Below, piece after piece: positions 39,191 through 51,088 of a stretch of DNA of 64,000 nt. Every line of letters starts with the position of its first letter. Position 1 is the stretch's first letter. Source of the stretch: Callorhinchus milii (taxonomy: Eukaryota); assembly GCF_018977255.1 (NCBI RefSeq), contig NW_024704742.1, positions 70,868,001-70,932,000 on the forward strand, in the 5' to 3' direction. The translations under genes and the position numbers were made by a program. The notes beneath the pieces were generated by a model. That model saw only the letters and a program-made list of their open reading frames with translations. It had not been told where the DNA came from and did not search any database.

Positions 39191-39884
39191 CTCTTTAGAG
39201 ATTTACTCTAAAGTGTAGTGACTGCGTATTTTGTAGGCAAACACAGCAGCCAATTTGCGCACAGCAATGTCCCGCAAGCAACCAATTGGAGTGAATGACC
39301 AATTTTATTTTGGGGGATTGTCAGCCAGGATACCGGCAGAGTAACTCCCTTCTCTCAGAAATATGGATTGATATTCTATACACAAAGTGGTACATTTGTT
39401 GTAAGTCTATTCCACAAGTGATATGGATTTAATGTAGGGATACAGTGTACTGGTCACAGGATGACCACTATAACACTCAACAGCAATTTAAAGTTAAATA
39501 GAAAGTTACGGCACTAAAACAGACTGCTCAACCCAACCAGTCCATGCCGGTGTTTATACTCCACATGAGTCTCCTAATCCCCTCTATTCCCCTCTCCTAC
39601 ATCCCTCTATTCCCTTTGTACACCCCCCTATTTCCCTCTCCTACACTCCTCTATTCCCCTCTCCTGCACTCCTCTCTTTCCAAGTGTCCTGGCCGACAAT
39701 CCCCCAGATAAACTGGCTTTGTGTGGGACATTGCATTGAGCAAACTGGCTGCCTCATTCCCCTACAAAATACACAGTCACTACACTTGAAAGCAATTGAG
39801 CTGTTAGGACATTGCATCGGACATCAGGATTATTATGATGTATGATTGTTTGCAAAACAGAACTGCACAAGTATTTTACATGTG

Positions 39885-40305
39885 TGACAACCTGGCTCAC
39901 TGATAGCTCTCTCATTTCTCAATCAGAAAATTGTGGGTTCAAGTCCCCACGTCAGGACTTGGAACCCATATAGTCCAGGCTGTCACTCCAGTGTCAGTGT
40001 GGGAGGCACAGCCCTTCAGATGAGAAGTTAAACTGAGGTCCCATCTGTGCCTGTTCAGACAGATGTTAAAGATCCCAAAAGAGAAAAGAGTCTCTCTCTC
40101 CTAGTGTCCTGGATGACAATTCTTGAGATAAATTACTCACTTTTTTATGGCTGTTTGTGGAACGTTGTTGCGCAAAATAGGCTGCCACATTCGCGCACAA
40201 AATATACAGTTACTACACTTTACAGTGTATCGTATGAAGTGCTTTGAGATGCCCACCTTAGGTGAAAGGTGCTGTATCAAATGTAAGGATTATTATTATT
40301 ATCAA
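39885..40305 (+). mobile_element. SINE family B (Deu-type)
   Basis: Head, core and tail as at 810-1250. Confidence 0.78.
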
Positions 40306-42059
40306 TACTATTATTGGAAAACACTAACGTAATTAAACAATTATAAATTAAAGGGGCACCATGTTCACAGAAACATGATGAGTTACTCTCGAGGGTATAC
40401 AATTAAAATCAACTTAAAAAAAACATAACGCGATAGATTTAGGTGTAAATTTAGGATTATCATCAGAGCAAAAGGAGGAGAAGGTGTGAAGATATTTTTG
40501 TTAGACACACAGGGTTGCTAAACTGTGGATTGCTTTACCATAATTGCTGCTGAGGCTTTTTTAATCTATCTCTGGAATTTTCACGTGTAGGTGGGCTGCA
40601 TGGAATTCTCAGTTTGGTTTGGAGCCTGGTGATGGTTGACCCCCAAAAAATGGAGACTTTATCATAATGCTTAAAAGGGAATTGGATAAATACCAGTGGG
40701 GGAGCGAGCACTAGCACAGACATGATGAGGAGAGAGCAGAGGAATGGGATTAGAGTAGGGAGCTCCAGTGGGAGAGTGACCACAAGCAACAGCAACAAAT
40801 TAGATTTGTGTAACTAACGCCTTTCACTTCAGGAGGACGCCCGAAGACACTGAACACGGAAACAAAGGGAGAGAGAGCATGTGAATAGCCTTACACTGTG
40901 CTGTAAACAGACTGCACATGAAGAACAATGGAAGTAGTAAAGGTGACTTTGAGTGGCAGGTTGGCAAGGCCCATGTAATTTACGGCACTTTACTAGGAAT
41001 GGGCGTGCTCCAATCTTGTTGCCGGGAGGGGAAAAGTACCTGTGATCTCTTTTTGAGCGCTCGTGCCCCAGTGAAACATTCTCCCACCGTCACAGCTAAT
41101 TTGCTACATTTTGACAATCCCAAGTATCACCAGCCAACGCCCGCCTGCCAGCCAGTTGGGATTTGTTTGAATCTATGCAACCAGTTTTTCATCATGTACA
41201 AAAATAACAACAGTCCCCACATTCGCTACAGAGCCAAGAACCTCAAAACAGCTTTGCGGAGACTTGCTTATCAAGTTAGTGATGTGTGTTTTGTAGCAAT
41301 ATAGGAACAGGAGGAGGCCATTCAGCCTCTCAAACCTGTTCCGCCATTCTATAGATCATGGCTGATCTGTACCTCAACTCCATTTTCATTTGCTTCATAT
41401 AATAAAAACACGTGCATTTGATATAGCACCTTATCACATCGTTGGGATGTCTCCAAGCGGTTCACAGAGTTTATTGTAAAGTGGATTGACTGTATTTTGT
41501 GGGCGAAATGCAGAAGCCAATTGTGCAAACAAAAATAATTTTGGTTACTCAATCCCTGACTGTTTATGGGACACTGCTGTGCGCAATTGGCTTCCGTGTT
41601 TCGCCCACAAAATACACAGTCAATTCACTTTATGATACATTCTGTGAAGCGCTATGATTCGTCTCAACAATGCAATAAAGCACTGTATCAAATGCAAGAA
41701 TTATTATTATGTAAATAGGAACAATCTGATCATTGGTAGCTTTGAAGTGGATTAGCTGTGTAGCCTTGGCAATCTCTCAATGTATCAACGCTCAAACTCA
41801 TTGCATATGATAGATATTTGCCTTGATGCACAGTGCAGCTGACGCCATCTGATTGCCTATAAATGACATTACTTTTTTGCAGCCTATTGTATATTCCTGC
41901 TCTCACACTGCTTCCCCAGTCCACACTGCTTGACAGTCTGATGATTTAATTCCCAGACCTTGTTCTGTGTCATGCAAACCTGACGTTAATGCATAACAGT
42001 TTGTTGTCAGTAGTGCTTCAGTAGTGGCTGTGGACAGGCCACCTCAGCCCCGTCCACAG

Positions 42060-43760
42060 CCACCCCTCATGACCCACACCCTACCCATCCCCCCTATACT
42101 CCTTCGACCCTATCTCTCCCTCCTCCCTTACCACGACTGTCCGCAAGCTCAAACCCACCACCTGCTCCCTCGATCCCATCCCCACTTTTCTCCTCATTTC
42201 CCAGCTCCATCTTCTGGCCCCATCTCTTGCCCGATGTCATCAACCTCTCCCTGTCCACCGGTTCAGTTCCCACCCCCCTAAAAACGGCCGTCATCACCCC
42301 CATCTTGAAACAACTTTCCCTGGATCCATCCCTCCTCTCCAGCTACCGCCCCATCTCTAACCTCCCATTCCTCTTCAAGGTCCTGGAACGAGTCATCGCG
42401 CTCCTTTCTTTCTCGCCATTCCCTCTTTGAACCCCTTCAATCCGGCTTCTGCACTGCCCACAGCACGGAAACAGTCCTGGTCAAAGTCACTCATGACATT
42501 CTGAACATCTGTGATCAGGGCTCCCTCTGCCTCCTTGTCCTCCTCGACCTCTCTGCCGCCTTCGACACTGTCGAACACTCCATCCTCATACACCACCTCT
42601 CCGCTTTACTCAATCTTCACGGACCTGCCCTTGCCTGGTTCGATTCCTATCTCTCTCACCGTCCCCTCTAACATTTTCTCCTCCAGCCCCCGCACTGTCA
42701 CGTCTGGTGTCCCTCAGGGCTCTGTCCTTGGCCCTCTCCTCTTTAATATCTACATGCTCCCCCTTGGTGACATCATCCGCAGACATGGGGTCAACTTCCA
42801 CATGTATGCGGATGACACCCAACTCTATCTTTCTGCTTCCACCCTCAACTCCAGGACCACTGCTGTCCTGACAGACTGTCTGTCGGACATCAAGTCCTGG
42901 ATGAGGGCAAACTTCCTACAGTTGAATGTGAACAAGACTGAGGCCCTCCTGATTGGCTCACACCAGCGCCTCAGCACCTCAGGCTCCGGCAGCATCAACC
43001 TCCATGGTTGCACACTTCAACTCACCGCCAGTCAGGAACCTCGGTGTCTTGTTCGACCCTCAACTGTCTTTTCTCCCCCACATTCAAGCCATGACCCGCT
43101 CTGCCTTCCCTCACCTCCGTAACATCGCCCGACTCTGCCACTACCTCACCCCTCAGGCCACTGAAACTCTTGTTCATGCCTTCATCACCTCCAGGATTGA
43201 CTATGCAAATGTCCTGATTGTTGGCCTTCCCAACTTCTCCCTCCACAGGCTGCAGATAATCCAGAACTTTGCATCCCGTGTCCTCTCCCGCACCAAATTC
43301 CATGACCCCATCTCCCCCACTCTCGCCCGACTCCATTGGCTCCCTATCCTTCAGAGGATCCAGTTCAAGATCCTGGTCCTCACATACAAAGCCCTCCATG
43401 GCTTTGCCCCACCCTATCTCTGCGACCTCCTAACCCGTACCAACCCACCCGTTCCCTCCGCTCAGCCGGCTCCGGCCTGCTCCACGTCCCCCGACCGACC
43501 CGCCCTACCATTGGTGGGAGAGCCTTCAGCCACTCTACCCCCAACCTCTGGAATTCCATCCCCCAATCACTCCGCCTCGCACCCTCCTTAGCCTCCTTCA
43601 AGTCCCACCTCAAGACCCATCGGCCAACCCCTTCCCCTCCCCTCCCTTCTCCCCCCAACCCCAGCTCGGGTCTGAAATGCTGTGCACTGTCCAGCGCCTT
43701 GGGACGTCCTCCCAATGTGAAAGGCACTATACAAATGTAATCTTGTTGTTGTTGTTGTTG
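42060..43760 (+). mobile_element. L2-clade LINE, 5'-truncated, in TLX intron 1
   Basis: [45 protein letters not shown] (RT catalytic motif) and LHWLPILQRIQFK; 3' tail ends in (TTG)n. Confidence 0.93.
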
Positions 43761-43859
43761 CTTGGCACAGTGTGTGAGAATACTGGAGTTAGCTTTAAAT
43801 GTGTCTATATCTGAAGAGAGCCATCAGAATGAGAACGTATGAGTCAGCCTGATTCGGTT

Positions 43860-44390
43860 GACAACAAGAATTTGCAATTGCACAGCGCCATCCACATGGG
43901 GCAATGTCTCGGAGAACTTCACAGTGGGGGGAGCCTGACGCCGAACTGGGGGGAGGGAGGACATGACTGTAAGCAGGGTCGAGGCGGAAGGTTTTTAGTC
44001 ATGATCTAAAAGAGGGGAAGGAGAGGGCAAGGCGGCAGGATTGGGAAGAGAGGTCCAAAGCTTCAGGGTGTAATGGCTGAAAACACACCCAACGATGGTG
44101 GAAAGGAGGGGACAAGAGGCAAGCAGGAGGCTAGAGCTGAGCAGAGGCAGCAGGTAGTGAAATGAGGAGTAAGTCGATTGGAGATGCAGGGAGGTGCCAG
44201 GGCATGGAGAGGATCCTGAAGTCGACCCGTTCTGTGATAGAGAGCCATTGAATCCTAGCGAGGACTGGTGTGATGGGGTACAGTGTTTAGTGCTGGTGAG
44301 TAAGTGGGCGGTGGAGTTCTGAATCATTTGTGTGTCGGTAGTGGAGATGCTTAGACCGGCGAGGAGGGCACTGGAATAGTCGAGGCAGTC
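43860..44390 (-). mobile_element. Degenerate L2 3' fragment
   Basis: CLDYSSALLAGL, IQNSTAHLLT and GCVFSHYTLKLWTSLP on the minus strand. Confidence 0.75.
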
Positions 44391-45160
44391 TGTAGTGCTC
44401 TTGCCTCTATTGTCGAAAGATGGTGGGTTCACACCCCGTGTCGGGATCTTTGAGCTCAGAGTTGAGGCTGACACTCCAGTGCAGTGCTGCATTGTCAGAG
44501 ACTCCGTCATTTCAGAAGAGACATTAAACAGAGGTGCCCTCAGAAGAAATTGGTCATTCACCTCAGGACTTTGTAGGACTTTGCGATACGCAAAAGAGTC
44601 ACTTTGTAGGCGAAAGCAGAGGCCAGTTTGCTCACAATGACGTCCCAGCAAACAGGCTTGAGGTGGAGTCCCGTAGCAAGGTGGTCAGAGCACTCACCTC
44701 GCAAGCAGGAAGACCCAGCTTCAATTCCTTTAGGCAAATCTTAGGCAAGTTTCCTTACTCCACATACCTCTGTTTAGCTAGAAGGAACCCGTTTGCTCGT
44801 CAATTGGCGGATCGCTTTCCGGGAGTAATAATGCTCTGGGATGCTACCCTGTGTGAGGAGTGCTATAAAATGCAATTTGTTGCTAGGTAAACAGAGTAAG
44901 GAATAAGGAAATTTATTTAAGGTTTCACACCACTCAGGAATGAAATCTGTGTCCTCTCGCTTGCAAGGCAAGCTTGCTAACCACTAAAACTATGAGACTC
45001 TACAGTACATCACATTTATTTTACTGTAAATCCTGTGAAGCGCTTTGAGACGTCCTCCTGACTTCAATTGTAAGGATTATGATTATTCTTGTTATGGTCA
45101 TCGCTCCTGCTTTCCTGTCCCTGTCGCTATCACTCTCTCTTTCTCACTCTCTCTCTCCAG

Positions 45161-45398
45161 CCGCCCTCTCCCCCTTCGCTGCTGCCCGCCGGATCGGGCA
45201 CCCCTACCAGAACCGCACGCCGCCCAAACGAAAGAAACCGCGTACTTCCTTCAGCCGAATGCAGATCTGCGAACTGGAGAAGAGGTTCCACAGGCAGAAG
45301 TACCTGGCGTCAGCTGAGAGAGCCACGCTGGCCAAAGCCCTGAAGATGACAGACGCTCAGGTCAAAACCTGGTTCCAGAACAGGAGGACCAAGTGGAG
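45161..45398 (+). CDS. TLX2: TLX homeobox gene, exon 2 (homeodomain)
   Basis: Polypyrimidine tract plus CAG acceptor ending at 45160. Encodes [80 protein letters not shown], with the TLX-type Thr in helix 3 (VKTWFQN). Phase-2 donor AG|GTAAGA at 45398/45399. Confidence 0.96.
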
Positions 45399-45919
45399 GT
45401 AAGAAAGCCCCATGCTTGCCTTGTTGCTCAGAATCCCAAAGCTCCTCCTCAACAACATCATCAACTTGCATCTCGCCCTTCACTGGGTTATTGTTGTTTA
45501 GGTGTTCCTATGTTCTCTATGTCCTTTGTTCCTTGTGTAACCTATATTCCCAGATTGCTAAATTTCTATGTTCACTATGTTTCCATTGCTTGTTGGGTTC
45601 CCGTGTTCACTATATTGCTGTGTACCTGTATCTCCTGTGTTGCTATGCAACATTGCAGCTCCAGAGCTCTGTGTTTGCCGGGCTGCAGACACCTCCCACA
45701 TCAGTCTCTGCCGGCGTCTCCGACTCATATCAACAGTGATATCGCGTGCGGAGGAAATAACAATTACCAGATTACTTACAAATTGCAGCCTAGGTACAAA
45801 TGTGTCAGGGGACAAGAGGAGAGGCGGCCTGTCCAAACATGTGGGGAAACAGCAGGAAAATAACTCAACAATGTAGCGCAGACAGACAGCATATGACAGC
45901 AACATTCATTCAACATTGT

Positions 45920-46238
45920 GGAGTCCTGTAGCTCAGTGGTTAGAGCACTTGCTTTGCAAGCGAGAGACCTGAGTTCAATTCCAGGCAGGGAGAAACCTTG
46001 GGCAAGTTTCCTTACTCCACACGCCTAATAGTAATCCCTCCAAAACCAAAAACAATAATAAAATTGGTCACTTTTAATCTACGACTGTTTGTGGGACATT
46101 GCTGTGCGCAATTGGCTGCCGCGTTCGCCCACAAATATACAGTCAATTCACTTTACAGTGTGTTCTGTGAAGCGCTTTGGGACGTCCTCCTGACGTGAAA
46201 AGCGCTATATCAAATGCAAGGATTATTATTATTATTAT
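45920..46238 (+). mobile_element. SINE family A, short subfamily (TLX intron 2)
   Basis: Same head and body; L2-identical tail segment. Confidence 0.92.
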
Positions 46239-46973
46239 AGGAACATAGGAACGGGAGGTGGCCATTCAACCCCTTGAGCCTATTCCGTTATTCTATTAGA
46301 TCATGGCTGATCTGTACCTCAACTCCAATTCACAATTTGCCCATAAAATATACAGTCAATTCACTTTACAGTATATTCTGTGAAGCGCTTTGAGACGTCT
46401 CGAAGGTGTGATGAGGCGCTATATCTAAAGAAAGGATTATTATTATTATTTGAATCCAACTTAATAATAATCCTTGCATTTGATATAGTTATTATGTCGT
46501 TGAGATGTCACAAAGCGCATCACAGAAAATATTGTAAAGTGAATTGACCAGTCACTGGGGGAGGGAGTCATCCCACTCAGCTCTTGTTAACCTTGCAAGG
46601 ATAAGTCAGAATGGGTAGGGTGGTCCTAGCTGACAAACAGCGAGAAAGCTTGCCAGACATTTCTATCAATGGCAAGCTATGTAGTTTTAGCTGGTTAGAC
46701 TCCAGCAGTTATCCCAGCACGCTCTCTGGGGTCCCCAAGCCTTGGCTCCTGCCAACCTTCACCTAATATTTTCAAATTAGCAAATGTGTCCCTCCACAGA
46801 GAGAGTGGACATTCCATTCCAATAAATATCTCTGGAATTTCCATGTATAGATGGGGTGCATGAAATTCTCAGTTAGGTTTGAAGACACTTGAACATGGCG
46901 ATAGTTTTCCGCATGTGTCAAACCCTGGGCTTAATTTAGTTTACTAAGATGCTGTCTCTTTGTCTTTCTAAAG

Positions 46974-47193
46974 GAGGCAAACAGCGGAGGAGAGGGAGGC
47001 TGAAAGACAACAAGCAAACAGGATATTGGCTCAACTACAACAGGAAGCATTTCAGAAATCGCTGAACCAGCCCATTCAGGCAGATCCTGTGTGTCTGCAC
47101 AATGCTTCTCTCTTCGCTCTTCAGAACTTACAACCTTGGGCTGAAGACAGCACCAAAATCACATCAGTGGCCTCAGTAGCATCAGTGGTGTGA
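46974..47193 (+). CDS. TLX2: TLX homeobox gene, exon 3 (C-terminus; not in the ORF track)
   Basis: Acceptor TTTGTCTTTCTAAAG|G. Encodes [76 protein letters not shown] (TGA 47191-47193). Phases are consistent: 454+238+220=912 nt. Confidence 0.94.
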
Positions 47194-47437
47194 GAAACTC
47201 AAAGACATATTACCTTCCCACTTTTTTTCAGGTTTTTCTCCCCACCACACACCACTCCTTGCTCGTTCCCAAAACAATCCCCCAAAGACTTTGAACCTTC
47301 TTACCAAAATATCCTGCACATTACTCTATATCGATCGGGAGAATTGTGTGCTTTTTTTATTGGAAAAAATATTATGAGAAAAGTGAACGGTGCAAAAAAA
47401 TAATTTTACTTGTTAAAGGGTCATTGCAATGCAAAAA

Positions 47438-47455
47438 AATAAACGCTTCAATAAA
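47438..47455 (+). terminator. Tandem AATAAA polyadenylation signals of the TLX 3' UTR
   Basis: AATAAA at 47438-47443 and 47450-47455, about 250 nt after the stop codon. Confidence 0.55.
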
Positions 47456-48747
47456 AATAGCCATGGATTTCAAAACGTCACGGTTAGGAAGATGGATGGA
47501 CGGACGGACACATGCTAGAGAGGGAACATCCATTGCACTTATGTTTGACCGGGATGGCTCCGGGTAAAGCCAGAGGTGGAGGAATGATCTATGAACAAGT
47601 CAATGGGATGAAGGTTGTTCCATTGGAATTATATGAAGTGGGAGTCAATGTGTTTATTCCATTGGGATTCCAGACAATAATAATAATAATCCTTGCATTT
47701 GATGGATGGGAAGGGCCTTGGTTGATTGGAATATTTACAATTGAAGTCAACCAAGTAAATAATCTAATCGACCAAGCTCCTTCCCATCCATCAAATGCAA
47801 GGATTATGAAAGGGATGTAGGTTGTTCCATTGGGATTGTGTACAATGGGAGTGAATGGGAAGGTGGAGGCATTGTCTATTTGAATGTTGTACTCTATACA
47901 TTGTCCATCCTCTCATAATCTTTCAGAAATTTAAATAATGTTCCTTGCATTGATAAAATGCCTTATCACGTTTCAAAGTGCTTCACAGAATATACAGAAT
48001 ATACAGAATTGACTGCATATTTTGTGGGCGAAACGTGGCAGCCAATTGCACACAGCAGTGTCCCACAAACAGTCGTGGATTGAGTGACCAAATTATTATA
48101 ATTTTTATTTATCCCTCCCAAATAAAGTCCTATAGCTCAGTGGTGTGGAGTCCTGTAGCTCAGTGGTGAGAGTACTTGCCTTGCAAGCCAGAGACTTGGG
48201 TTTGATTCCTGCAGGGCAAAATGTTGGGCAAGTTTCCTTACTCCACATGCCTCTGTTAACAGGTGTGTGGAGTAAAGAAACTTGCCTAGGATTTTGCCCC
48301 GCTCAGGAATCGAACCTGGGTCCTCTCACTTGCAAGGTGAGTGTTCTAACCATACAGTAAAGGACTCCACATGACACTAAAGATGCCTATAGGATGCCTC
48401 TTTATAAAGTTAGACAGTGAATGATTATTCTTGCTGTTGATGAATCAGGAACAAGAGGACAGTTTTATGAATGTCCCTGGAGGAGTTAAGGGTGAATTTA
48501 GAAGAAACATGTTGATGCAGAAAGTTGTTAGAACATTGAATATGTTGCCATAAATGGCTGTTGAAGGTTGAGACTATAACAACACTTTAAAGAGAATTGG
48601 AAAAATATTTAGAGATGAAGAATGCAAAAGAAAATGGAAAGAGCAGGAGAGATAGCTTCAGCTATCGACCATCTACCCTCTGGAACTCCCTTCCTCTTGC
48701 TGCCTCACTATCTGTCTTCAAATCCTACCTTAATCCTGTTTGTGTGT

Positions 48748-49070
48748 GTCAGCCTGGCTCAGTGATAGCAATCTCACCTCTGAGTCAGAAGGTTGTGGGT
48801 GCATGCCCAACATTGGGATTTGGAATAATTTTGTCTAAGGTAACACTCCAATACAGTGCTGGGTGTGTGTTGCATTGTCGGAGGTGCCGTCCTTCAGATG
48901 AGACATCTTGTCTGGCTGCTCAGGTTGACCTTAAAGATCCCATGGCACTGTTTGAAAAGAGAAAGGAGTTTCTCTCTCCTTGTGTGTGGGACACTGCCCT
49001 GTTCCACAAAATACACAGTCAATCCACTTTACAATATAAGGCGCTATATCTAATACAAGGATTATTTATA
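48748..49070 (+). mobile_element. SINE family B (Deu-type)
   Basis: Head and core GGAGGTGCCGTCCTTCAGATGAGAC..TAAAGATCCCATGGCAC. Confidence 0.8.
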
Positions 49071-49454
49071 TAAACGTGGTCCGGGTGACCCTGAATGTCC
49101 TCCCCGCCATACCTGACAGTATCTATCCCGGGATTTACCTTCAGCCAGCTTCACTGACACCAAAACCTTTTGAGTCAGTGCTTGGCCCATTCTGCCACGA
49201 GCTGCCAGGAATTTGGTGGAAATGGATCAGTTATTGTGATGTGGGACACTGAGGGCCTCGAAGGATAATCTGTCACAGGAAGGAAATGCAGACTGGAGGC
49301 CGGTGGGGGGAGGTAGGAGGTAGTGAGAGGTTTCCAGTCAACCATAAACTATTTGCAACTGAACAAACAAAACAGACGGTGAGGGTTCAGAGACGTGCTG
49401 TGGAAATTCCTTTCCTACAAGTCACCTGATAGGCAAGGGAGTGTAAGGAGTGAG

Positions 49455-49930
49455 GGGAGTGACCAGAGAAATAGGGAGTGATCAGAGAAACGGAGTGACC
49501 AGAGGAACCGGGAGCCAGAGAAATAGGATTGACCAGAGAAACATTGTGACCAGAGGAATAGGGAGTGATCAGAGAAACTGAGTGACCAGAGAAACAGTGA
49601 CTAGAGGAACAAGGAGTGACCAGGGGAACAGGATGTGACCAGGGGAACAGGGAATGACCAGAGAAACAGGGAGTGCCCAGAGAAACAATGATCAGAGAAA
49701 CGGAGTGACCAGTGAAACAGTGACCAGAGAAAGAGGGAGTGACCAGTGAAATGGAGTGACAAGAGGAAGGGTGACCAGAGAAACAGTGACCAGAGGAACA
49801 GAGAGTGACCAGAGCAATAGGGAGCGACCAGAAATACAGGGAGTGACCAGAGGAACAAGAAGTGACCAGAGGAACAGAGTGACCAGAGAAACAAAGAGTG
49901 ACCAGAGGAAACGAAAGTGACCAGAGGAAA
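49455..49930. repeat. Minisatellite with core GAGTGACCAGAG(A/G)AACAG, units of about 14-20 bp
   Basis: More than 20 visible copies of the GTGACCAG-type core. Confidence 0.9.
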
Positions 49931-51088
49931 GGGGAGGAGCTCTGTGAATGTGGCCATTTAATGCAGAGAAAGAAGTTACATTTTTGTAGCACGTTGTGTT
50001 GAAATGTCTCAAAGTGCATAGCCATCTTGTGAGGGTCCTTGTCAGGTGAGCAACACCTTCACCACTGGAGGATTGTCGGACAGGACACCTGGAGGAAATC
50101 TCCCTTCTTAATTCCAAGAGTGCTGAGAGATCATTAACTCCCCCCACAAACAGGCAGCAAGTCCTCAGTTCACACCAGTTCTCACCATTGAGACGTCTCA
50201 AAGAGCTTCACAGAATATACTGTAAAGTGAATTGACTGTATACTTGGCCAGAACTCAGCAGGCAATTGCGCACAGCAGTGTCCCACAAACAATCGTGCAT
50301 TGAGTGACCAAATATTTTTTATATATGGGATTATTAACCCGGAAAGCGATCTGCCAATTGGCTAACAACTGGATTACTACTTACCCGGCTACTCTCGCTT
50401 ACAAGGCAAGTGCTTTAACCAATAAGCTATAGGACTTTCCTGGTAAATCTGTTACTATTAAATTCTGGTGTGATTTCATACCTGCCCTATGATATCATTC
50501 ACCAACACCTCCCCCCCCACCCCTGCCGCGAGGTAATGTCATCATGACTCCACTATCATTGAGGTAACTTGGAGCAGAGGTGGGTGGGGTCACAGGTGTG
50601 AGGCTGAGACGATAAACACACAAGACTTTCCCATTTGGAATCCCATAACATAGTGGTTAGAGCACTCACTCAGCAAGCGAGAGGATTCAGTTTCAATTCC
50701 TGGGCAGGACAAAACCTTAGGCAAGTTTCCTTACTCCACATGCTTGTTTACCTAGCAGTAAGTAGGAACCCGGTTGTTAGTCGTTTCCGGGGACAATAAT
50801 CCTTCCAAAAAAAAAATTGGGTGACTCAATCCATGACTGCTGTGTGCAATTGGCTGTCGAGTTTCACCACAAAATACACAGTGAATCCACTTTACGATAT
50901 ATCCTGTGAAGCACTTTGAGATATCTCAGGGCGTGAAAAGGTGAAAACGCGTGATCAAATGCAAGGATTATTATTATTATACCCAATCCCAATGGACTAA
51001 ACCCCTTCCCACACATTCTCATTTCACCATGACCCAACTAATGTCTTCAAGGTTATGGAAATGGAGGGGTTGACAAAACTGATGCATA

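Noticed and set aside
49387..50201. Repetitive SGHS/LVT ORFs resembling a repeat protein
   Set aside because: Minisatellite with variable unit lengths that are not multiples of three.
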